Shown one piece after another: positions 33,423 to 41,677 of a stretch of DNA of 52,556 nt. The notes under the pieces were generated by a model, which was given only the letters and a program-made list of their open reading frames with translations, searched no databases and was not told the origin of the DNA. Location of the stretch: assembly GCA_028867285.1 (NCBI GenBank), contig JAGWGP010000001.1:1-52556 (forward strand), given 5' to 3'. Source of the stretch: Candidatus Micrarchaeota archaeon. GTDB taxonomy: Archaea > Micrarchaeota > Micrarchaeia > Micrarchaeales > Micrarchaeaceae. The position numbers and the translations under genes were made by a program. The number at the start of each line of letters is the position of its first letter. The stretch's first letter is position 1.

Positions 33423-34169
33423 CGCAGCCATCAGCCAGAAGAGCCCGACCGCAACGATCCCGCCTATCACGCTGGAGAAGAAGTTGGAGGTGTACTTGTT
33501 GCCGGTTCCTTTCTCCTCAAAGTAACCCAGGGCGGAGTCCATCACGTTGCCTATGAACCCTCCCGCAATCACCGACGCGTAGAGCGCGAGCATCGGCATC
33601 GAGAGCCAGAGCGCGGGGCCGTGCACCAGCGTCCCGTAGCCAACCGGCAGGGACGATGCAACCACAAATTTTGCGACAGTTATTGCCGGAGCCGCCATTA
33701 TCGCCGATGCGACAAGCCCGGCCCCCAGCCCAAGCAGGGTTACTCCCCCTGAGGTGCCTATCCTGACCCTCCTCCAGCCGAATATCATCACCGGCCTGCC
33801 GCCGAACACCCCTATCTCGCTCCCGAACTTGTCTGCCGTGACAGCCGCAACGCTGCCCACGAATCCCACAAGGAAGAGCAGATTGGCGTGGCTCATGGGC
33901 AGGTAATTGGTGGACAGGAAGAACCCGACCGCCATGAACAGGGGGGCCAGTCCGTTGGCCAGGACGTTCCTCACTCCCCTGTCCCTCTGGTAGGTCCCGA
34001 CCCGTTTTTTGTACGCGGTCCCGAAATCTGTGGCAAGAGCAGCCACCACAATGAACACTATGGACTCCAGTACCATGAAGTAGCCTATCCCCAGGCCCAG
34101 GAACCAGAGCAGCGCTCCGAATACAAAAGCGAGTACGACTCCCATTCTGTCGAGGGTAAAAATCGCCAT
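33417..34169 (-). CDS. DUF92/TMEM19-family integral membrane protein (VTE6-like, putative polyprenyl-phosphate kinase family)
   Basis: Multi-pass protein with the family motifs RNVLANG, AAVTADKFGSEIG and SGGVTLLG. Confidence 0.75.
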   Translation of the reverse strand: MAIFTLDRMGVVLAFVFGALLWFLGLGIGYFMVLESIVFIVVAALATDFGTAYKKRVGTYQRDRGVRNVLANGLAPLFMAVGFFLSTNYLPMSHANLLFLVGFVGSVAAVTADKFGSEIGVFGGRPVMIFGWRRVRIGTSGGVTLLGLGAGLVASAIMAAPAITVAKFVVASSLPVGYGTLVHGPALWLSMPMLALYASVIAGGFIGNVMDSALGYFEEKGTGNKYTSNFFSSVIGGIVAVGLFWLMAAL

Positions 34170-34286
34170 GTCAACATTCCATTTTAATGAAAATATTCCG
34201 CTATTTGGAAAGGTTTTTAAGCCTATTTTTCTTTACCATATTACGGGTTCTCTACTGTAGGAAGGTCGTGAAGAACTGGTCGCCTT

Positions 34287-34312
34287 GCCAGCATGGTTAA
34301 CCCCATGCTGGC
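34287..34312. repeat. perfect 10-bp inverted repeat (GCCAGCATGG-ttaacc-CCATGCTGGC) in the radA/DUF92 divergent intergenic region
   Basis: Read directly from the sequence. It lies about 160 nt upstream of the radA ATG in a 302-nt AT-rich spacer. Function is unknown (operator or small structured RNA). Confidence 0.6.
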
Positions 34313-34471
34313 ACTAATTCTATGTCAATCTTTCATAGCTGTTTAGCAGCGACAGGTATTTATATCTTATAACAGCGCGAGCTCTCTAAAATATTATATA
34401 TGCGGGGCGCCGCCTCATCTTTTTATACTTATACCTCCATAATCTATCGCTACTAATTATAGGGTGTCTCT

Positions 34472-35422
34472 ATGGCAAAGGAGAAGGCGATAAAGGAGCT
34501 TGAGGATCTTCCGGGGATAGGCGAGACCACGGCCGAGAAGCTGAGGGCAGCTGGCGTCACTGGCCTCGAGAAGGTCGCCACCATGTCCGAGCACGACCTC
34601 AGCGAGCTCAGCGGCATAAGCGTGGAGGCAGCCAAGAAGGCCATAGCCGCCGCCATAGATGCCACCACGCTCGAGTACCAGACCGGGGCTCAGGTCTACG
34701 AGAGGAGGCAGGAGCTCGGCAAGATATCCACCGGGTCAAAGGACCTCGACGAGATGATCGGGGGCGGTGTCGAGACCAACGCCATAACCGAGGCATACGG
34801 CAGGTTCGCCAGCGGCAAGTCCCAGCTCGGGTTCCAGCTCACGGTCAACGCGCAGCTGCCCAAGGACAAGGGAGGGCTGGACGGAGCGGTGATGTTCATA
34901 GACACCGAGGGCACGTTCAGGCCCGAGAGGATAGAGGCCATAGCCGAGGCCCAGGGCATGGACCCGAAGAAGACGCTGGAGAACGTCATAGTCATAAGGG
35001 CCACCACCACCGACCAGCAGATACTGGCGGCGGAGAAGGCGGACAAGCTGATAGCAGAGAAGAACGTCAAGCTGATAGTCGTGGACTCGCTCACCTCGCT
35101 CTTCAGGGCGGAGTTCGTTGGCAGGGGGGCGCTGGGAGAGAGGCAGGGCAAGCTGAACCAGCACATACACAGGCTGCAGATGCTCGCCGACAAGCACAAC
35201 CTTGCGGTCTACATAACCAACCAGGTGATGGACAACCCCGGCATAATGTTCGGCGACCCCACGACGCCCATAGGCGGCCACATACTCGCGCACGCGGCAA
35301 CCACCAGGCTGTACATGAGGAAGAGCAAGGAGGACAAGAGGATAGTCAGGCTGGTTGACTCGCCGAGCATGCCTGAGGGCGAGAGCATAATCAAGATAAC
35401 GCCCACTGGCATAAAGGACTGA
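34472..35422 (+). CDS. radA: DNA repair and recombination protein RadA
   Basis: N-terminal HhH domain (LEDLPGIGETTAEKL), Walker A (GRFASGKSQ) and Walker B (LIVVDS); full-length RadA. Confidence 0.95.
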   Translation: MAKEKAIKELEDLPGIGETTAEKLRAAGVTGLEKVATMSEHDLSELSGISVEAAKKAIAAAIDATTLEYQTGAQVYERRQELGKISTGSKDLDEMIGGGVETNAITEAYGRFASGKSQLGFQLTVNAQLPKDKGGLDGAVMFIDTEGTFRPERIEAIAEAQGMDPKKTLENVIVIRATTTDQQILAAEKADKLIAEKNVKLIVVDSLTSLFRAEFVGRGALGERQGKLNQHIHRLQMLADKHNLAVYITNQVMDNPGIMFGDPTTPIGGHILAHAATTRLYMRKSKEDKRIVRLVDSPSMPEGESIIKITPTGIKD

Positions 35423-35433
35423 AGACTGATAAG

Positions 35434-36192
35434 ATGCTGTTCCTAGTGGGCACCGGTCTCGCCAAGAAGGACATCTCCTACAACGCTATAGAGATTTGCA
35501 AGAACTGCGAGCTCTTCGCAGACAGGTACACCGCCAACATGGACCAGGAGAAGCTTGACTTCCTGGCCGAGACGATCGGCAGGAGGATAAGCGAGCTGAC
35601 GAGGTCCGACCTGGAGGAGGAGTCGAGGGAGCTCGTGGAGAGGGCCAGGAGGTCTGACGTAGCCATACTCGTTGGAGGGGATCCCCTGATAGCAACGACG
35701 CACAAGATCCTGTTCATACAGGCGAGGAGGCTGGGCGTCCCGGTGCACGTCATCCACGCATCGTCCATAACCAGCGCCATAATAGGCGAGAGCGGACTGG
35801 ATTTCTACAGGTTCGGACCGATATGCACCATATCCAGATGGACCGAGAGGTACAAGCCCACCTCGTTCTACGAGACCATACAGAGGAACATGCAGTCCAA
35901 CTCGCACTCGCTGGTACTGCTGGACTACGACTCTGAGAGCGCGACGTCGCTCGGAGTCAAGGAGGCGATGGCGATACTCGAGGCGGCCGAGGCCAAGCAC
36001 AGGCAAGGTATTATAACGCCCAAGACGCAGATATTCGTGATGCACAACATCTCTGTGGAGGGCCAGTCAAGGGAGCTCACCACGGTCTCCGAGGCAGAGA
36101 AGATCTCATTCAAGGACGGGATGACCGCGATAATACTCCCGGCAAGGCTCTCGGAGGTCGAGCGGGAGATAATAGACAGCATATACGGGTGA
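35434..36192 (+). CDS. dph5: diphthine synthase (Dph5)
   Basis: MLFLVGTGLAKKDISYNAIE...GDPLIATTH... tetrapyrrole-methylase fold with Dph5-type N-terminus, about 250 aa. Confidence 0.9.
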   Translation: MLFLVGTGLAKKDISYNAIEICKNCELFADRYTANMDQEKLDFLAETIGRRISELTRSDLEEESRELVERARRSDVAILVGGDPLIATTHKILFIQARRLGVPVHVIHASSITSAIIGESGLDFYRFGPICTISRWTERYKPTSFYETIQRNMQSNSHSLVLLDYDSESATSLGVKEAMAILEAAEAKHRQGIITPKTQIFVMHNISVEGQSRELTTVSEAEKISFKDGMTAIILPARLSEVEREIIDSIYG

Positions 36193-36196
36193 ACTT

Positions 36197-37363
36197 TTGG
36201 CGCTGCTCCTCAACTTCGACCAGAAAACGAGGAAGATATGGGCCACTGACCAGTCCACTAAGGACACGCTGGCAAGCGGATTCTTCGGAAGGAAGGAGGA
36301 CGGCAGGCTCGTACTGGCAATCGAGGAGGCGCTATACCTGATCGACATAAGGAACGCGAGGTGCGCATCGCAGGACGGCAGCGAGCTCACCTTCAACCAG
36401 GTCGCCTCGCACTTCGGCAACACCAGCAAGTTCATGGCCAGGTACTTCACCTACAAGGACTGGAGGGACAGGGGGATCATAATCAAGGGCACCGAGGGGC
36501 TGAGGGAGTCGCCAGGCGAGGTGCAGATGAAGAGATACCCGTCGTCCAAGCTCAAGCTCAGGAACTACAGGCTGGAGGGGGTTTTCTATCCCGCAGACCT
36601 GACCACCGTGATAGACGACAACGACAGGGGCAAGCAGATCTACGAGGAGAACTGGTTCGGCCAGTACGCAACCTACAAGATAAGCGAGAGGGGGATACTC
36701 AACAAGCTCGACATATACGAGACCGTGTTCCTGATGGACCAGGGCATCCTGGAGGTTAGGAACTTCACAAGGAAGCAGATAGTCGACACCGCGACAGAGA
36801 GGAGGCCCGACTTCGAGAAGCTCTACGAGGTCTTCTCGGACTGGAGGGGCAAGGGCTACGTGATAAAGACGGGCTTCAAGTTCGGCACGCACTTCAGGGT
36901 GTACTTCCCTGGCGCAAAGCCGATCAAGACCGACGACAGCGAATGGGCCCACTCCAAGCACGTGATACACGTCTTCCCCAGGGACGCCAAGCTGCTCATC
37001 TCCGAATGGGCCAGGGTGATAAGGGTGGCGCACTCGGTGAGGAAGACATTCATACTGGCCATACCCGGCAAGAGCAGGAAGAAGAACGTCGACATCGACT
37101 TCGTGCTGTACCACAGGAAGGGCACCAACGTAGAGACGCCGGAGAACTCGAAGCCGAGGTTCGGCATGCTCTCCCTGAGCGAGGAGGAGTACATAGGCGG
37201 GGCTGAGCTATCGGCAATAATAAACAAGGCCAAGGCCTACAGGATGGAGCTGATAATAGCTATAGCGGACAGGGAGACGGCGGTCACCTACTACAGGGTG
37301 AGGAGGCTCGAGCTTCCAAAGAGCCCATACGAGTACTACGAGATAGACTGGATGCAGCCCTGA
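36197..37363 (+). CDS. endA: tRNA-splicing endonuclease EndA, enlarged multi-unit form (388 aa)
   Basis: The catalytic unit is WRGKGYVIKTGFKFGTHFRVY...AHSKHVIHV...RKTF (Tyr/His/Lys triad spacing). It is preceded by a degenerate unit (FMARYFTYKDWRDRGIIIKG) and followed by an extra C-terminal unit (AELSAIINKAKAYRMELIIAIADRETAVTYYRV). TTG start 4 nt after the dph5 stop. Confidence 0.85.
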   Translation: MALLLNFDQKTRKIWATDQSTKDTLASGFFGRKEDGRLVLAIEEALYLIDIRNARCASQDGSELTFNQVASHFGNTSKFMARYFTYKDWRDRGIIIKGTEGLRESPGEVQMKRYPSSKLKLRNYRLEGVFYPADLTTVIDDNDRGKQIYEENWFGQYATYKISERGILNKLDIYETVFLMDQGILEVRNFTRKQIVDTATERRPDFEKLYEVFSDWRGKGYVIKTGFKFGTHFRVYFPGAKPIKTDDSEWAHSKHVIHVFPRDAKLLISEWARVIRVAHSVRKTFILAIPGKSRKKNVDIDFVLYHRKGTNVETPENSKPRFGMLSLSEEEYIGGAELSAIINKAKAYRMELIIAIADRETAVTYYRVRRLELPKSPYEYYEIDWMQP

Positions 37364-37364
37364 T

Positions 37365-37949
37365 TCAGGCGTGCTGGGGCACTATGTACAGCAGCTGCCT
37401 GTCCTTGGTGAACGACGGCAGGTACTTCTTCAGCCCGTCATAGTACAGGCAATTTGCAAACTGCATGGAGCTTATGGCGCCATCCACTCCGCCGTCATAT
37501 ATCCTCTTCGTCGGATACACGTCTATGCCTACGGTAAGCATGACATCCACCGCGCCGAGGACCTTTTTGCCGCCTATCTTCAGGAGCTCTAGGGTTCTCT
37601 CATCCCTCAGGCTGATCTCGGTCTTCTTCTTGCCCAGCGCATCGCTGAAAAAGAACGTGCCAAAATCGAGGCTGGCGTTGGATCTGTACTGTGCATAGTT
37701 CTCAGTGACGCGCAACCCCATCCTGCGCAGGCTCTTGACGAGTTCCCTCTCAAAGCCGTTGAGCTCGTCTATGCTGCTGGGCTTATCCGTGGGGACCACC
37801 CCTATGCGGGTCTCCAACTCGGTGTCGCTGTTCCATCTGGTGCCTAATCTCTCATCAACTATTGCCATACTCTTGTCCGATCGGAGATACGAAATCGCCA
37901 TATCCAGTTTGCTCGTCTTTTTCGCCTTCATGCAATCTCCATAAAACAT
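37365..37949 (-). CDS. hypothetical protein (194 aa), downstream gene of a codon-atypical pair
   Basis: ORF separated by 6 nt from the stop of 37956..38585. No family recognised. Confidence 0.45.
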   Translation of the reverse strand: MFYGDCMKAKKTSKLDMAISYLRSDKSMAIVDERLGTRWNSDTELETRIGVVPTDKPSSIDELNGFERELVKSLRRMGLRVTENYAQYRSNASLDFGTFFFSDALGKKKTEISLRDERTLELLKIGGKKVLGAVDVMLTVGIDVYPTKRIYDGGVDGAISSMQFANCLYYDGLKKYLPSFTKDRQLLYIVPQHA

Positions 37950-37955
37950 TAGCCG

Positions 37956-38585
37956 CTAATTCAAGTAAGCGAAAAACTGCACCTCTCTCCTCGGCGTGCC
38001 TGCGCAACAACCGCAGCCCCGCTCATGCACCTTGCCAAATATCATGGTAGATGCGTAGGGCAGATTGGCTGTCAAGACCTCCAGCACGTTTTTCATCTTC
38101 GGCTTGTCATAATTCAGGCTCAATTTAAAACTCCAGTCTGGATTAGCCGCATAAATGCGCGCAATCTCCCCCTTTACCTCGAAATGCTGTCTCTCCGCGT
38201 TCACGACGTTTGGCATCGCCCCCAATTCCTTTATCACCCTGCCGAAATTCTCACGGAGCTGGTTCCTGTGCAACTTCGTCTGCCCGCACAGCAGGTTTGT
38301 CAGCTGGTTTCCCCTTCCAACAAGCGAAAAATAGTCCTCTACATGGTCCGTGTTGGTGTTCATGGTGCCCACACCAGACCATTCCCTGGACCAGAGCACG
38401 TCAATTCCCGGCCTGATGTTCTTGATCAGCGAAGCCAACTTTTCCTGTGCCGCCTCAGCCCCACACGCCCTAAGCCTTACGCCTTTTTGCGACCTCAAGA
38501 GCTCGCTTACGCTTCCGGTCTCTCCCGTTTCCAATTCGCAAGGGGCTACCTTCAATCGCTGCACGCATCCACCACAATAGCTCAC
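37956..38585 (-). CDS. hypothetical protein (209 aa) with Cys clusters at both termini
   Basis: N-terminal MSYCGGCVQ...C and C-terminal ERGCGCCAG. It uses TTG-Leu, AAA-Lys and CAA-Gln codons that are uncommon in the neighbouring housekeeping genes. No family recognised. Confidence 0.45.
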   Translation of the reverse strand: MSYCGGCVQRLKVAPCELETGETGSVSELLRSQKGVRLRACGAEAAQEKLASLIKNIRPGIDVLWSREWSGVGTMNTNTDHVEDYFSLVGRGNQLTNLLCGQTKLHRNQLRENFGRVIKELGAMPNVVNAERQHFEVKGEIARIYAANPDWSFKLSLNYDKPKMKNVLEVLTANLPYASTMIFGKVHERGCGCCAGTPRREVQFFAYLN

Positions 38586-38638
38586 ATTTGGCTAATATAT
38601 AAAGATTCCGCAGGATAAGCGAAGATATTAAGCAAGAG

Positions 38639-38713
38639 CGGGTCCAGGGGGATTCGGACCCCCGACCTACTGGTTAAGAGCCAGCCGCTCTGACCAGGCT
38701 GAGCTATGGACCC
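38639..38713 (-). tRNA. tRNA-Lys (anticodon CUU)
   Basis: Reverse strand reads GGGTCCA-TA-GCTC-AGCCTGGTCA-GAGC-G-GCTGG-CTCTTAA-CCAGT-AGGTC-GGGGG-TCCGAAT-CCCCC-TGGACCC-G. Confidence 0.9.
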
Positions 38714-38752
38714 AATTTAGCAACTAACTATCTCTCGTAAAGGTATTTAGCC

Positions 38753-39883
38753 TTACCCGGAATTCTCGCCAGCAAGCCTTCCCATCGCGGCGCCCACCCT
38801 CTCGACGTTCGCCTCGTCGCACGCCACCAGCAGCTTTCTCTCGCTCAACAGCGTTGTGTTCAGCGTCTTTATCAGCGGCGAGATCTCGGAGAGATTGCCC
38901 ACAAAATCGCCATCCTTGTCCACTACCCCTATATCCATCTTGCTCCCCCTGAGCTGGCTTAGGCTCACAACGTAGTCGGCAGGTTCAAGTCCAAGCCTTC
39001 CCAATTCCGAGGTGACCTCTTCTTCCTTGAGGTCGGCCCCCGCGTTCTTGTAGAACGCCCTCTTGAACAGGTCTCTCCCCATTATCCGATGTATCGGCCC
39101 GCCGCTGCCCTCAATGTCAAGCAGCCTCCCGAAAAGCTGCGCGTCGTTGAGCCCGTGGACCACCTTAGGGTCCAGCCTTTCATTCTCTATCGCCTCGTTG
39201 AGCGCCGTCTGGAACATCCCCTCGGCTATGATCTCCACATGGTGCATGTAGACGTTCTTTATCATGAAGTACCTCGCTATCAGCAGCGACTCCGCCCCTG
39301 ACACCCCCTGCTCGTAAATCGCAGGCCTGCCCTTGTGCTCTGTCATCTTGCTCTTTATCCTGGTGTAGTCTATTATCCCGTATGCGACCCCGGTGTAGAG
39401 CGAATCCCTCATTAGGTAATCGACCCTGTCTGCACCCAGCGCCCCGCCGACTATCTCGCAGTTCATCTCATCCCTGAAATAACCCAGTATAAAAGGCACA
39501 TCGAGCCCTGCATCGCTCAATATGTCCCTTATCTCAGATCCATTCACTATCTCCTCGCCCATCTGCTCATGGCTCTTGTGCAGGTATCTCTTCAATATGG
39601 GCTCGGATTGATGCGAGAACGGCCCGTGGCCTATGTCGTGAAGCAGTCCTATGTACGCAACCTCCGGCCTAGAGTCCTCGTACACCCGAGCCTCCAGCTC
39701 CCTGGCGACGTGCATCACGCCTGCGCAGTGCTCGAACCGTGTGTTGTTTGCGCCCGGATACACGAGATTGCAGAACCCCATCTGCTTTATGTACCTCAGG
39801 CGCTGCATCTCCCCGGTGTTCAGTATCCTCTCCTGGAAATCGTCGAAGTCTATGTTCTTGTGCACCGGGTCCCTTATGTACAA
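38753..39883 (-). CDS. HD-domain phosphohydrolase (dNTP triphosphohydrolase-like, COG1078)
   Basis: YIRDPVHKNIDF...MQRLRYIKQ...TRFEHCAGV...LLHDIGHGPFSH...DRVDYLMRD is the canonical HD/SAMHD1-like motif set. Confidence 0.85.
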   Translation of the reverse strand: MYIRDPVHKNIDFDDFQERILNTGEMQRLRYIKQMGFCNLVYPGANNTRFEHCAGVMHVARELEARVYEDSRPEVAYIGLLHDIGHGPFSHQSEPILKRYLHKSHEQMGEEIVNGSEIRDILSDAGLDVPFILGYFRDEMNCEIVGGALGADRVDYLMRDSLYTGVAYGIIDYTRIKSKMTEHKGRPAIYEQGVSGAESLLIARYFMIKNVYMHHVEIIAEGMFQTALNEAIENERLDPKVVHGLNDAQLFGRLLDIEGSGGPIHRIMGRDLFKRAFYKNAGADLKEEEVTSELGRLGLEPADYVVSLSQLRGSKMDIGVVDKDGDFVGNLSEISPLIKTLNTTLLSERKLLVACDEANVERVGAAMGRLAGENSG

Positions 39884-40225
39884 TCAATCACGTCTGAGCA
39901 CGAACAGAGCTATAGTGGCCACTATGAATACGTCGAGCGTGGAGCAGTAGATGCAGATCTTGCCTATCTCGTGCATTGCTGTAACGGAATAGATGAACCC
40001 CCCTGCCCCGAACAGCATCCATATGTTCCTGAAGATGCCCGGTTTCCTGCCTACCATCAGGGCGTTGGCAAGGAACCATATTATGCCCCCAACCGCAATC
40101 GGCACGCCCAGAACCGTCGAGTATATGCTCCCCAGTACCGTCTCGCAGCTTATTATCCCGGTATTCGGGCACACGAGCGCGCCAGGGCTGTAATGCACTA
40201 TCGTAAGGTACACCGATATCGCCAC
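39884..40225 (-). CDS. vitamin K epoxide reductase (VKOR)-family membrane protein; N-terminus uncertain
   Basis: Loop Cys pair (C..TGIISC), VLGVPIAVGG and the CIYC redox motif in the last TM. The first canonical start (GTG 40225) falls inside what looks like TM1. Confidence 0.65.
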   Translation of the reverse strand: MAISVYLTIVHYSPGALVCPNTGIISCETVLGSIYSTVLGVPIAVGGIIWFLANALMVGRKPGIFRNIWMLFGAGGFIYSVTAMHEIGKICIYCSTLDVFIVATIALFVLRRD

Positions 40226-40257
40226 TCCTGCGACAGATATTGCAAGCAGCGCCGTGT

Positions 40258-41592
40258 CTATTTTCTTCGTTTCCTCACCTTTTTTATGAATGCCCTGAGC
40301 ACCGCGTCGAAGGCCGGCCCCCTCGGCACCAGCTCGTATCCGACCTGCACTATGGGCTTGTCAACGTTTATTATGTGCCTAAGGTTTGTAGGCGTTGCGG
40401 ATACCACTGTGTCGCAGTCCGCCGCATTTATCGTTGCCTCAAGGTCCTTTATCTGCCTTGCGCTGTATCCCATCGCAGGCAACTCCACCTTAAGGTGGGG
40501 GTATTTCCTGAATGTGTCCCTGAGCCCCCCTACAATGTACTTTTTGGCCTCTACAATCTCGCCCGCGCCGTACTCCTTTGCCGCTATGCTTCCAGCGCCG
40601 AACATCATCCCGCCGTGCGTTATGGTTGGCCCGTCCTCTATTATCAGGACGCGCCTTCCCTTGATCATTCTCGGGTTGTCTGGCTTAACCACCGAATCTG
40701 CATAAATTATTTTAGCCCCGGGATTTATCCCCTCAAGGTCCGACACTACCCTGTCCAGCTCTTCCTTTGTCGCGGAGTTCACCTTGTTTATCAGAAGGAC
40801 GTCCGCCATCCTGGCCACGGTCTCGCCCGGATAATAGGTGAGTTCGTTTCCGGCCCTAAGCGGATCGGCAACGGTTACCAGCAGGTCGGGCCTGAAGAAG
40901 GACGCGTCGTTGTTGCCGCCATCCCAGATTATGACATCGGATTCCTTCTCCGCAGCCCTCAGTATCCGTTCATAATCCACCCCCGCGAACACCACGAACC
41001 CGTTCCTTATGTGGGGTTCGTAATCCTCCCTCTCCTCTATTGTCGTCTTGTACCTGTCCAGGTCCTTGAGGGTCTCGAACCTCTCCAGTATCTGCTCCTT
41101 CAGGTTCCCGTAAGGCATGGGGTGCCTGACCACCGCGACCCTTAGCCCGGCCTCCCTGAGCGCGATCGCCACGTATCTTGATGTCTGGCTCTTTCCGCTT
41201 CCGGTCCTCACTGCGCAAACCGCTATCACAGGTTTCGAGGACTTCAGCATGGCCCTTCCGGGAGCCACCAGCCAGAAGTCTGCTCCGGCGGCGTTTGCAA
41301 CGCTCGCCTTGTCCATCACCGCATTATTTGGAAGGTCGCTATACGCCTGCACGCAGACGTCAACCTTGTATTTCTTTATCAATCGCGGCAACTCTGCCTC
41401 GTCATATATCGGTATCCCCTTGGGATACAGGCTACCGGCAAGCTCCTTGGGATATCTCCTGTCGGCTATGTAGGGTATCTGCGCAGCCGTAAATGCGACG
41501 ACCTCATACTCCTTCCTGTCCCTGAAAAGGGTGTTGAAATCGTGGAAGTCCCTTCCCGCGGCACCGATAATTATAATCCTTTTCCCGGGCAT
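40258..41592 (-). CDS. COG2403-family P-loop protein (predicted GTPase / cyclic 2,3-diphosphoglycerate synthetase-like annotation family)
   Basis: IIIIGAAGRDFHDFN..., VCAVRTGSGKSQTS (P-loop), VRHPMPYG, TIEEREDYEPH and IIWDGGNND are signature blocks of this conserved archaeal/bacterial family. Confidence 0.65.
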   Translation of the reverse strand: MPGKRIIIIGAAGRDFHDFNTLFRDRKEYEVVAFTAAQIPYIADRRYPKELAGSLYPKGIPIYDEAELPRLIKKYKVDVCVQAYSDLPNNAVMDKASVANAAGADFWLVAPGRAMLKSSKPVIAVCAVRTGSGKSQTSRYVAIALREAGLRVAVVRHPMPYGNLKEQILERFETLKDLDRYKTTIEEREDYEPHIRNGFVVFAGVDYERILRAAEKESDVIIWDGGNNDASFFRPDLLVTVADPLRAGNELTYYPGETVARMADVLLINKVNSATKEELDRVVSDLEGINPGAKIIYADSVVKPDNPRMIKGRRVLIIEDGPTITHGGMMFGAGSIAAKEYGAGEIVEAKKYIVGGLRDTFRKYPHLKVELPAMGYSARQIKDLEATINAADCDTVVSATPTNLRHIINVDKPIVQVGYELVPRGPAFDAVLRAFIKKVRKRRK

Positions 41593-41647
41593 GGCGTTCT
41601 TCTATCCCAGTTTAGCTATATAAGCCTAATTATCGTCCAACGCACTG

Positions 41648-41657
41648 TATAAATTTA
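41648..41657 (+). promoter_or_regulatory. TATA-like box positioned for a leaderless transcript of CDS 41678..42415
   Basis: TATAAATTTA is centred about 26 nt upstream of the ATG, so the TSS would fall at or next to the start codon. Confidence 0.35.
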
Positions 41658-41677
41658 TTTGGGCCAGAATCATACAG

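Noticed and set aside
39569-41145. Long + strand ORFs 39569..40705 (378 aa) and 40240..41145 (301 aa)
   Set aside because: They are antisense to the HD hydrolase, VKOR and COG2403 genes, all of which have strong family motifs. The + translations are Arg/His/Tyr/Pro/Val-rich nonsense.
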